DNA of 64,000 nt from a virus, in IMG/VR virus record IMGVR_UViG_3300037245_001295, positions 32,001 to 96,000 of that record; one strand, given 5' to 3'. The translations under genes were made by a program, and so were the position numbers. This document shows positions 1 to 8,111 of the stretch, piece after piece (the first letter of the stretch is position 1; each line of letters starts with the position of its first letter). Below the pieces are notes generated by a model. That model did no database searches and was not told where the DNA came from. It was given only the letters and a program-made list of their open reading frames with translations.

Positions 1-75
1 GAGGAGCGCAGTGCGGCTTTAGATACCACGCTGAAGGATACTGCGGCTAAGCCAGTTCGTGGCGAAGGTAAGTGA
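1..75 (+). CDS. C-terminal fragment of upstream gene (possibly portal)
   Basis: Frame 1 is open from base 1 to TGA at 73-75 (...KPVRGEGK*). It lies ahead of the head genes; the portal identity is positional inference only. Confidence 0.35.
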   Translation, partial: EERSAALDTTLKDTAAKPVRGEGK

Positions 76-79
76 TAAC

Positions 80-409
80 ATGCTGCCAGTGAAAATTTCC
101 AAAAGCTCGATCCCTGATAAGGTTTATCATGGTCATAAGACAGTGGGGGCTTCCATCGTTCAATTCGATGAGGTTGCTCCGAAACTGGTCTTTGGCTTGG
201 TACTCAGAACCCCGGGCCGAGATGACCCGGTAACAAACTCTGCACCAATATGGGTTGGTGGCTCCAATGTTACTGCCGACTCCGACCCAGGTACGGGTGG
301 TTTTCCGCTGGTCCCCGGCGCCTCCCTGTCCTTGAGTGTGGAAGATGCGAAGCACTTGTATTTCATTAGCACTGTTGCCGACCAAAGTATCATGTGGATA
401 GGTAACTGA
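80..409 (+). CDS. hypothetical virion-associated protein
   Basis: ORF in head operon; ATG at 80 after AAGG; beta-rich sequence. Confidence 0.6.
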   Translation: MLPVKISKSSIPDKVYHGHKTVGASIVQFDEVAPKLVFGLVLRTPGRDDPVTNSAPIWVGGSNVTADSDPGTGGFPLVPGASLSLSVEDAKHLYFISTVADQSIMWIGN

Positions 410-444
410 ATCAGGAAACAACCAAGCGATAACGAGGAATTCAC

Positions 445-969
445 ATGTACACATACTACGGCACAATCGCGGACGCTGATGAATACTTCGACAACCGACT
501 CCACGAGGAGGCTTGGACGGATGCGTCTACGGATGATAGACGGAAGGCTTTGATCGCCGCCACTGTCATTATTGACGCACTCAACTACCGGGGTCAGAAG
601 GCCGCCGTTTACGATATTATGTACGACGACGATGGTATCCTATTGGATGTCACCGATGAAGAACTCAGAGACGCCGACTGGTCGCAGGACTTAGAGTTCC
701 CGCGAGACTCGGATGTTGATGTTCCAGAGGAGATCGAAATCGCCTCCTGGGAAATCGCCCACGCCCTTTTGGACGGGGTCGATCCTGACCTTGAACTTGA
801 AAATCTTGGAGTGGTCAGCCAAGGAATTGCGTCAGTCAGAACGACGTACAATCGGAATCACACGCAGGTTGAACACCTGATAAACGGGATTCCCAGTGCC
901 ACAGCGTGGAGGTACCTACGCCCCTTCCTGCGTGACAGTAGCGCAATTAAATTCAGTAGGGTAGACTAA
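445..969 (+). CDS. head-tail adaptor (DnaT_2-like family)
   Basis: Motif YGTIADADEYF..RL...W...KALIAAT..ID.L.Y.G...Q.LEFPR; GAGG RBS. Confidence 0.7.
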   Translation: MYTYYGTIADADEYFDNRLHEEAWTDASTDDRRKALIAATVIIDALNYRGQKAAVYDIMYDDDGILLDVTDEELRDADWSQDLEFPRDSDVDVPEEIEIASWEIAHALLDGVDPDLELENLGVVSQGIASVRTTYNRNHTQVEHLINGIPSATAWRYLRPFLRDSSAIKFSRVD

Positions 970-989
970 CACATGTTAGGAGAGTGACG

Positions 990-1937
990 ATGTCGAACGA
1001 CAAACTGTACAACTTGATCTGGACGAAGCCGACCCTGGCCTGCTACGAAGGCGATGGTGGAGACGGTGGAGATGGTGGAGATGGTGGAGATGGTGGTGGA
1101 GATGCTGGCGACCCTTTGGCCGACCGCGCGCAGGCCGCCCAAGCTGCTGCGGATCAAGCCCGCGATGATGCCGCTCGTGCAGCCGCAGATGCTCGGCTCG
1201 CTGCCGATGCCGCCCGTAAGGACTCTGAGAAAAGCTTTTCTCAGAAGGATTTGAATGCCTTCCTGGCCGAGGACAGACGCAAGCATCAGGAGAAGTACAC
1301 TAAACTGGAAGGCAGCATGAAGACGATGCTGGAAGACACGAATTTGCAAAAAGAGCAGCGAGCAAGGATTGAATCTGAGCTTCAGGATTTGCAGGCTTCT
1401 CAACGCACCGCTAAGCAGCAGGCTGAGTACGAGCGTAAGCAAGAGCGTGAGGAGTTTACCACGGAGGTGGAAAGCCTAAAAGATCAGGTCGGTCAGTGGG
1501 AAAGTTTGTACAAAACCTCTGTTGTTGACCGGTCGCTTCAGGATGCGGCCATTGCTCAGGGCGCATTTAACCCTTCGCAGATTATGGGGTTGCTCCGCCC
1601 GATGACTCGTATGCAGGAACAGACTGACGACAGTGGAAATCCGCTTGGTCAGTTCACGCCTATCATTGATTTCTCCGACATAAACGAAGCAAGCGGAGAG
1701 GAAGAAACCACACTAAGAACCCCCGAACAAGCTGTACAACGCATGAAGGAGTTGCCGCAACTTTACGGTAACCTCTTTCGCTCAAACGTTGTAAGTGGTA
1801 TCGGGTCAGGTTCCGCAACCGGCGGCGTCAAGTCGGGCGAAGGCCGTATTGATCCTACGAAGTTGACTGCTGAGCAGTATCGTAAGGTTCGCAGGGAAAA
1901 CCCAGAAGCCCTGGGCCTAAAGCGTCGAGACGTATAA
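990..1937 (+). CDS. capsid scaffolding protein
   Basis: AGGAGA RBS then ATG 990; GGD low-complexity linker; FSQKDLN motif and long coiled coil; immediately upstream of the capsid gene. Confidence 0.75.
   Translation: MSNDKLYNLIWTKPTLACYEGDGGDGGDGGDGGDGGGDAGDPLADRAQAAQAAADQARDDAARAAADARLAADAARKDSEKSFSQKDLNAFLAEDRRKHQEKYTKLEGSMKTMLEDTNLQKEQRARIESELQDLQASQRTAKQQAEYERKQEREEFTTEVESLKDQVGQWESLYKTSVVDRSLQDAAIAQGAFNPSQIMGLLRPMTRMQEQTDDSGNPLGQFTPIIDFSDINEASGEEETTLRTPEQAVQRMKELPQLYGNLFRSNVVSGIGSGSATGGVKSGEGRIDPTKLTAEQYRKVRRENPEALGLKRRDV
1053..1103 (+). repeat. 9-bp coding tandem repeat (GATGGTGGA) encoding Gly-Gly-Asp linker
   Basis: About 5 imperfect copies read directly. Confidence 0.85.
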
Positions 1938-2027
1938 AGAAAGGGGTCACGGCAATATCCAATGTAGGATATTGAACTGTTGTCACCGCCCAGTATGGGC
2001 AAAAGTAACCAATTAGGAGAAAGCACT

Positions 2028-3446
2028 ATGAATATGCTTTACAGCCACCCCGTCATGGCTTGTTATGCCAATGACAACGATGCGTTGATCCCGGAACTGT
2101 GGGCTCAGGAAGGTCTTGCCATTCTCGAAGAGAACATGGTCATGGCTCGTCTGGTCCACCGGGACTTCAGTAACGTAGTCGCCCAATTTGGCGACGTTGT
2201 GAACACACGTCGGCCCGGAACTTTCACGGCTAAGCGGAAGACCGACTCTGACAGTGTCACCAATCAGGATGCCGTCGCGACCAACGTGCAGGTTCCTCTG
2301 GATCAGCACGTCTACGTGTCCTTCACCATCAAGGATGGTGAGGCCAGCAAGTCCTTCCAGGACTTGGTCGAGATGTACCTGACGCCCGCCGCGCAGGAAA
2401 TCGCTAGCTCGGTTGACCGCATTCTGTGTGGTCAGGTCCATGAGTTCCTCACCAACAACGTTGGTCAACTTCAGACGATGGACTCCACGAATGCGAAGTC
2501 CTATCTGTTGGCCGCGCGTGAGAAGATGAACCAGAACAAGGCCTACGCCGGTGGACGGAACATGGTTCTTTCGCCTGCGTCGGAAACTGACCTTCTGGAA
2601 ACGGAACTGTTCGTCAGTGCTGAGAAGCGCGGCGACGATGGAACCGCTCTGCGTGAAGCCAGCCTGGGCCGTGTCTTTGGTTTCGATACCTACATGGACC
2701 AGAACATTCCGAGCCTCTTGCAGGCTAGCACGGACAACGCCCCTGGCGTACTCAATGGCGGTGAGCCTCTTGGCGAAACCGTCCTGGCCGTGACCATTCT
2801 GGCCTACACGGTCGTGGATGGTGAGTATGTCTGGATCGAAGGCGAAGGTAAGCCGCATGTCGTGTCGGCCGCCACGGATGACGCCACGGACACCAGCAGC
2901 ATCACGCTGGTCTCTGGCTTGACCGCAGCCGGCGTTGACACGAATGCAGTCGTCGTGTGGAAGTCGTGTCAAGTGGATGGCATTCATGCTTCCGGCTACT
3001 CGAAGGGCATCGCTCTTGACCTCTCGAACGCCGTGATGACAGAGCCGCCGCAGGTTGGCCAGTTGCTCGCGTTCGCGGAAGGTGCGAGTCGTCATGTGTA
3101 CACGATTATCGGCATCGCCGTTGATCCCGACGACGCAACCCGCCACTTGGCGTGGTTGGATCGCCCGCTGGCCGCAGCCTTGGCTGACAACGACATCGCG
3201 TTCCCCGGCCCGTCTGGTTCGTTCAACTTTGCGTTCCACCGCAATGCTCTCGCGCTCGTTACACGTCCGCTGGCTCTGCCGAATACCGCTCTTGGTGTCC
3301 GGTCGGCCGTTGGTGCGTACAACGACGTGGCCATGCGGGTTTCGATGCAGTACGACATCAGTGCCCAGGGCACGATCGTGACGGCTGACCTGCTCTGCGG
3401 AGTGGCTAAGCTGGATGCCAACCTCGGTTGCATCATGCTCGGATAA
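2028..3446 (+). CDS. major capsid protein, HK97 fold, P22-coat-like, with large insertion
   Basis: AGGAGA RBS; IPELWA..L..L...V; G.T V..R.P; G.LGRVFGFDTY; FHRNALAL.TRPL; D.L.G near C-terminus; followed by a terminator. Confidence 0.9.
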   Translation: MNMLYSHPVMACYANDNDALIPELWAQEGLAILEENMVMARLVHRDFSNVVAQFGDVVNTRRPGTFTAKRKTDSDSVTNQDAVATNVQVPLDQHVYVSFTIKDGEASKSFQDLVEMYLTPAAQEIASSVDRILCGQVHEFLTNNVGQLQTMDSTNAKSYLLAAREKMNQNKAYAGGRNMVLSPASETDLLETELFVSAEKRGDDGTALREASLGRVFGFDTYMDQNIPSLLQASTDNAPGVLNGGEPLGETVLAVTILAYTVVDGEYVWIEGEGKPHVVSAATDDATDTSSITLVSGLTAAGVDTNAVVVWKSCQVDGIHASGYSKGIALDLSNAVMTEPPQVGQLLAFAEGASRHVYTIIGIAVDPDDATRHLAWLDRPLAAALADNDIAFPGPSGSFNFAFHRNALALVTRPLALPNTALGVRSAVGAYNDVAMRVSMQYDISAQGTIVTADLLCGVAKLDANLGCIMLG

Positions 3447-3456
3447 ACCCCTTACC

Positions 3457-3497
3457 ACCGGGCGGGCGAAAGCTCGCCCGCCCGGTTTCTTTTGTTT
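3457..3497 (+). terminator. intrinsic terminator after capsid gene
   Basis: ACCGGGCGGGCGA-AAGC-TCGCCCGCCCGGT stem followed by a T-rich tract. Confidence 0.85.
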
Positions 3498-3510
3498 AAG
3501 GGGGCGTCCC

Positions 3511-3834
3511 ATGGAAATACTTTTTGCAGCAGCAGGTTCGGAAATGCTGACAGAATTACTCGCCAACTTTGGTCCTCTTGTCGGCATTGTGCTGTTTTTC
3601 ATTTGGCGCGATTGGAAACGAGAAGACGCGCTTTCCACAAGAGTTGAAAAACTCGAAGACTACCAGCGAGACACTTTGTTCAGTCTGGTAGAACGGTCTA
3701 CAACAGCTTTGGCCCAAAACGCAGAATGTCTGAGTTGGGTTGCACACGTAATGGAGCGGCTCTGTAACCGCTGTCCATACATCGAAGCAAGTGACGCACC
3801 TGAAGGAGTCAGAGATGTTGAGCGGCGTAAATAG
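3511..3834 (+). CDS. small membrane protein, BhlA/UviB holin-like
   Basis: One TM segment (FGPLVGIVLFFIW) followed by RD.KRE and a coiled coil. Confidence 0.5.
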   Translation: MEILFAAAGSEMLTELLANFGPLVGIVLFFIWRDWKREDALSTRVEKLEDYQRDTLFSLVERSTTALAQNAECLSWVAHVMERLCNRCPYIEASDAPEGVRDVERRK

Positions 3835-5503
3835 AAGTATGAACCGCTTTCTTCGGAGAACGCTGTACAGCCTCAAGAGGCAGTACGGTGGGCGGGTCGA
3901 TGTGTACCAACTTGGAAGCACCGACACGGATTACGAGACTGGCGACAAGACATACACCCGATCAATGATTACGGTGCCTAAATGTATTGTGTTGCCTGTT
4001 AAAATCCAACGCGAGGCTGTGCAGTCGATCTCCGTAATATCAGCAAACAAAACATTCGTCTATGGTGGGACGTATGATGCGGGAACACGGATGTTTATCA
4101 TTGATGCTCGTGACTTGCCCAACGACTATGAAATCGTCAACGACGATTGGTTGGTCTATGATAACCGTCGTTACGACATCAAAGACATCACTGAGTTTGA
4201 GCAACACACAGGTTGGATAATCACCGGACGTGAAGTCAAGGGTGTTCGACCTGAGCAGATTTTCAAGGTCAACAGTGAAAATATCATGGAGGTTGAGAGC
4301 AGCGTCTTTGGTGAGGTCGGCCCAGTCGTCGCGGAGAATCCCGCCAGTGCTGCGGCAATCTTGCAAGCAGTGGTGGCAGTTATGGAGCGTTCGGTCGCGC
4401 CGTCCAGTACGGCTAGCATGTCGCAAGAAGTTGAGGCGACTTTAGTTGGCGGTGCTTGTGCCGGTGTTGCCTGGGCTAACGTAGGTGCTGCTTACTGGTC
4501 TGGGTATCAATCCTGTATCAATGCGACGAAGGACCAAAGTGGGTCAGACTCAACAGCTACTTTTGGCAGTCTTGCAGGGTCGTCTAAGTGGTGGGGCGGT
4601 GTTCTCGCACCCAATGGTTTTATCTATGGGGTGCCGTTTGTCAGTACCTCGGTGCTTAAAATCAATCCAAGTACGAACGGTGCTACCACCTTTGGAAGTC
4701 TCGCAGGGTCAACTAAGTGGGTGGGCGGGGTTTTAGCCCCTAATGGCTTCATCTACGGCATCCCATTCAGCAGCACCACCGTGCTTAAACTCAACCCGAG
4801 TGACGATTCAACTTCAACGTTCGGCACAGTCTCAAATGGTCCATATTACAGCGGAGTGTTGGCTGGCAACGGATGTATCTACTGTGTGCCAAACAACGGT
4901 ACAACAGTGTTGAAGATTGATACGAGCAACGATACTGTTGACGAAATCGGCTCGCTGCCCGCCACGTCTTCCAAGTGGAGAGGTGCCGTGCTAGGTGCAA
5001 ATGGGATGGTTTATGGGATACCTGGAAGCAGCACCACGATCTTGAAGATAAACCCAAGTAACGATAGTATATCTGAATTTGGAAGTCTGAGCGGAACCAA
5101 TAAATGGGTGGGTGGCGTCTTGGCACCTAATGGCCACATCTACGGGATACCATTCGATAGTACCCAAGTGCTAAAGATTGATACTACCTCAGACACCCCA
5201 ACAGTCTTTGGGAGTTTGTCAGGAAGTAATAAATGGCGGGGCGGTGTCTTAGCTCCCAATGGTTTCATTTATGGGGTGCCTCGCGACAGCACTTCAATCC
5301 TCAAGATTGATCCCTCGGGCGATACTGCCGGTACCTTTGGAAGTTTCCCAGGTGCTAGCGACTGGGCCGGTGGAATTTTGGCCCCTAATGGACACCTTTA
5401 CTGTATTCCATACTCAAATACAACTGTACTTAGGATTGAGCCTGACAGCGCCTCAGAGTTTACGGATGACGTGATCCAATCGGCTTACTTCAACAAATTT
5501 TAA
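3815..5503 (+). CDS. head-closure-like N-domain fused to a 7-bladed beta-propeller
   Basis: AAGGAG RBS then ATG 3815; N-terminal ~150 aa resembles stopper proteins (DYETG, DWLVYDNRRYDI); 7 repeats of FGSL.G..KW.GGVLAPNG.IYG.P.....LKI.P. Confidence 0.7.
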   Translation: MLSGVNRSMNRFLRRTLYSLKRQYGGRVDVYQLGSTDTDYETGDKTYTRSMITVPKCIVLPVKIQREAVQSISVISANKTFVYGGTYDAGTRMFIIDARDLPNDYEIVNDDWLVYDNRRYDIKDITEFEQHTGWIITGREVKGVRPEQIFKVNSENIMEVESSVFGEVGPVVAENPASAAAILQAVVAVMERSVAPSSTASMSQEVEATLVGGACAGVAWANVGAAYWSGYQSCINATKDQSGSDSTATFGSLAGSSKWWGGVLAPNGFIYGVPFVSTSVLKINPSTNGATTFGSLAGSTKWVGGVLAPNGFIYGIPFSSTTVLKLNPSDDSTSTFGTVSNGPYYSGVLAGNGCIYCVPNNGTTVLKIDTSNDTVDEIGSLPATSSKWRGAVLGANGMVYGIPGSSTTILKINPSNDSISEFGSLSGTNKWVGGVLAPNGHIYGIPFDSTQVLKIDTTSDTPTVFGSLSGSNKWRGGVLAPNGFIYGVPRDSTSILKIDPSGDTAGTFGSFPGASDWAGGILAPNGHLYCIPYSNTTVLRIEPDSASEFTDDVIQSAYFNKF

Positions 5504-5520
5504 CCAGCGGGAGAGAAACT

Positions 5521-6003
5521 ATGGATGCCAATCTACCCCGCTGGATCATGTCGTCAATTGCTGTCTATTTTAAGCCAGTTGCCGACAGCCTGAGTCTCAC
5601 ATACTTCGTGGAAGGTGTCGATGAGCGCGAGACCGATACGATGCGTGCTGAGCATTCAGAAGTGCGTGTCAGTGGTCCCAACATCCGAGAGGTTAGTAAG
5701 GACTATTGGCGTGTACATATTGATATCAATATCATGCTAACAGACTACATGCAAATGTCTTCTGAGAATGCTTATGATATCAATCAATGGGGCGGCGCAT
5801 TTCTTGCCGCAATGATGGACCCGATTCCAATCTATCGTTTTGGGAGCGGGGGAGATGACGATGATTCGCTGATAGGTTGTTTGACCCAACGGTCCAAGTT
5901 TGCCGAGCCAGCGAAGCTAATCCACTTTGGCCAAGTCAACAGTGAAGATCGGATACGACAGGCTGTGGTGGATGGACGTTTTGAAATGTACCTCACAATG
6001 TAA
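5521..6003 (+). CDS. putative tail terminator/completion protein
   Basis: Size and position directly before the tail tube gene. Confidence 0.5.
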   Translation: MDANLPRWIMSSIAVYFKPVADSLSLTYFVEGVDERETDTMRAEHSEVRVSGPNIREVSKDYWRVHIDINIMLTDYMQMSSENAYDINQWGGAFLAAMMDPIPIYRFGSGGDDDDSLIGCLTQRSKFAEPAKLIHFGQVNSEDRIRQAVVDGRFEMYLTM

Positions 6004-6062
6004 CCATTGAGGCACGCAGGGATTTTGTGATCCCACTAACTTAACAATGAAGGAGGCTTATA

Positions 6063-6812
6063 ATGGCCCGAATCGAACTTAGGGATGCCACTATCCTTAT
6101 CAAGGATGGCCTTAGTGGCTCAGGCATAATTGAAGAAGCGACTCCCGGTGCAACGGACACCGACGCTGATGTGAATACCGCCGTTCTGAACTCTGCCATT
6201 ACCGACTTGGTTCCGGTGGGCGCTCGGTTCACGGTAAACACGGCAAACAACACTGAGATTTATACGGTCACCGCTCGAACTCCTGCGACGACAAGCCCGA
6301 CTACCAACGTCGAGTTTACGCCTGCCTGGGGTGCGAATACGCCGACCGTTTCGGACGTGATTACGTTCCAGGCCCAGGAACTCGAAGTGACCATCGGTGA
6401 GGGTAACCTTACCTGGACGGAAGCCAAGGAGTACGAGTATCTCCTGGACCGTGGTGACCTCGATACCGTGAAGGAAGGCGACGAGCAGCCGCTTGAAGTC
6501 TCCCTGGAATTTGTGTACTCGCACGTTACCCAAGGCACCGGCGAATCCGTCTCCCCTGTGGATGCTGTCAAAGGCTCTGGTGGGGCATCGGAGTGGGTGT
6601 CTAGTTCGTCCGACTTGTGCGAACCGTATGCGGTTGACATGGTGGTTCGCCACTGCGTTCCGTGTGGTACGGACGAGGACGAAGAAATCACGTTCCCGGA
6701 CTTCCGCCAGGAAAGTTTGGAGTATGACCTGAGTGAGGCAACGATTGCCGTATCCGGTCGGTGCAACGTGAGTGAGGCGGTTGCGGTTAGGAGTAACAAC
6801 ACCGAGTGTTAA
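6063..6812 (+). CDS. major tail tube protein
   Basis: AAGGAGG RBS; acidic beta-rich sequence; followed by a terminator, chaperone and tape measure. Confidence 0.75.
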   Translation: MARIELRDATILIKDGLSGSGIIEEATPGATDTDADVNTAVLNSAITDLVPVGARFTVNTANNTEIYTVTARTPATTSPTTNVEFTPAWGANTPTVSDVITFQAQELEVTIGEGNLTWTEAKEYEYLLDRGDLDTVKEGDEQPLEVSLEFVYSHVTQGTGESVSPVDAVKGSGGASEWVSSSSDLCEPYAVDMVVRHCVPCGTDEDEEITFPDFRQESLEYDLSEATIAVSGRCNVSEAVAVRSNNTEC

Positions 6813-6822
6813 GCAGTGAACG

Positions 6823-6875
6823 TCAGTGGGCGGGTGTGAAATACCGCCCGCCCACTGATTCTTTTCATCTTTTTT
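6823..6875 (+). terminator. intrinsic terminator after tail tube gene
   Basis: TCAGTGGGCGGGTG...CGCCCGCCCACTGA stem then TTCTTTT. Confidence 0.8.
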
Positions 6876-6889
6876 GAGGGAGAACAGTT

Positions 6890-7435
6890 ATGCGTATAGG
6901 TGGAGTGAACATTGAAGGCCCAAATGAGGAAATTCTCGTGCTTCCGCGACTTGGTGACGACATCATCATCCGCGCGATTGCCGTATCGGATATGAGTGAG
7001 TTTCATGCACTCGTCCCCGAACCGAAGCCTCCGGGCAAGCTAACGAAGAATGGCTGGGAACCGACTCTGAACGACGAGACGTTCAAGACGAAGATGATTC
7101 GGTATGGCGAGCAACGCTACGCCTACATGCTTATCCTGTCGCTTATCCCGAGCGAAATCGAGTGGGAGACAGTCGATCTTAACAGTCCGAAGACATGGAC
7201 CCGATGGGACGAAGAACTGCGAGCCGCTGGTTTGTCTACAGTTGAGGTTGATCGTATCTCTGTCTGCGTGATGCGTGCAAACGCTCTGGACGAGAAAAAG
7301 TTGAAGGAAGCCCGCGACCTTTTTCTACTTGGGATGGCGGAGGAACAAAGAAAATCCTGTGGCCTGGAAACCGAACCGGGGAGTACGCCGTCTGGCGAGC
7401 CTGCGAGCGATTCGGAATCCGACCGCCAGGAGTAA
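6890..7435 (+). CDS. tail assembly chaperone
   Basis: Lies between tail tube and tape measure and has an overlapping -1 frame extension. Confidence 0.75.
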   Translation: MRIGGVNIEGPNEEILVLPRLGDDIIIRAIAVSDMSEFHALVPEPKPPGKLTKNGWEPTLNDETFKTKMIRYGEQRYAYMLILSLIPSEIEWETVDLNSPKTWTRWDEELRAAGLSTVEVDRISVCVMRANALDEKKLKEARDLFLLGMAEEQRKSCGLETEPGSTPSGEPASDSESDRQE

Positions 7436-7602
7436 AGGCCGACTGGGAAGATTGCATGTCTCCTACGCAAGCACAAATACTCGCGTATGACCAGACACGT
7501 CAACATGACGAATTTGAGGAAGCGAAGGCGTTGTCGGGAGCAGGGAAGTCTCCCGCATCGCCAACAATGGGACGAGGCCGCAGGGGACGAGGACGACGCT
7601 AA
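7294..7602 (+). CDS. -1 frameshift extension of tail chaperone (G-GT type)
   Basis: The -1 frame is open to TAA 7600-7602 (…LWPGNRTGEYAVWRACERFGIRPPGV…); slippery candidates are G AAA AAG (7294) and C CTT TTT (7318). Confidence 0.65.
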   Translation, partial: EKVEGSPRPFSTWDGGGTKKILWPGNRTGEYAVWRACERFGIRPPGVKADWEDCMSPTQAQILAYDQTRQHDEFEEAKALSGAGKSPASPTMGRGRRGRGRR

Positions 7603-8111
7603 TGAAATTCAAAGCTAAATTTCATACTTTGACGTTGGACTTAGGGGCCTACAAGGCGGAACTTAATGCCTACATGGAGGAATGGTTAAAGCAAGCTGGA
7701 CGAGAGTGGCTGAATGCTACCGTTATGACTGCGATCCCCACATGGTCGAAGGCATCTCGGGCCACTTTCCAAAAGCTCGCTCACGAACTAGGCACGTCAG
7801 TTCCGTATGGCCCTTTGAAAAGCCTAAAAGATCGGGAATCTCTAGGACTATCTGCCGGGAGCGGCAGTGGTGTGGAGCTTAATCCGAGCAATCAGCAGTG
7901 GCATTTCAAATACCACAGTGACCTCAAATATCTGGCATACAATGAGTACAATAAGGCCGTCTATGGACAGGGCGGCGTCTTCTCAAGATCGGGACTTCGA
8001 CATCCCACCCCCTATCACTTCCAAGAAAAAGGACTGAAAGCGTTTGAAGATTTCACACGCTTTACAGAACTTCCGAATCCCTTCAAGTTTTTGAAAAAGG
8101 GTAAGATTTAA
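7602..8111 (+). CDS. putative neck/tail completion protein
   Basis: Basic 169-aa ORF coupled to its neighbours by TAATG overlaps. Confidence 0.5.
   Translation: MKFKAKFHTLTLDLGAYKAELNAYMEEWLKQAGREWLNATVMTAIPTWSKASRATFQKLAHELGTSVPYGPLKSLKDRESLGLSAGSGSGVELNPSNQQWHFKYHSDLKYLAYNEYNKAVYGQGGVFSRSGLRHPTPYHFQEKGLKAFEDFTRFTELPNPFKFLKKGKI

Noticed and set aside
2013-3638. 541-aa antisense ORF opposite the capsid gene (and similar ones opposite the tape measure)
   Set aside because: A shadow of biased sense-strand codon usage; no RBS or recognisable motifs.
4555-5450. Regularly spaced DNA repeats suggesting a CRISPR array or DGR template/variable pair
   Set aside because: They are degenerate in-frame propeller blades varying at synonymous sites; no reverse transcriptase or cas genes are seen.
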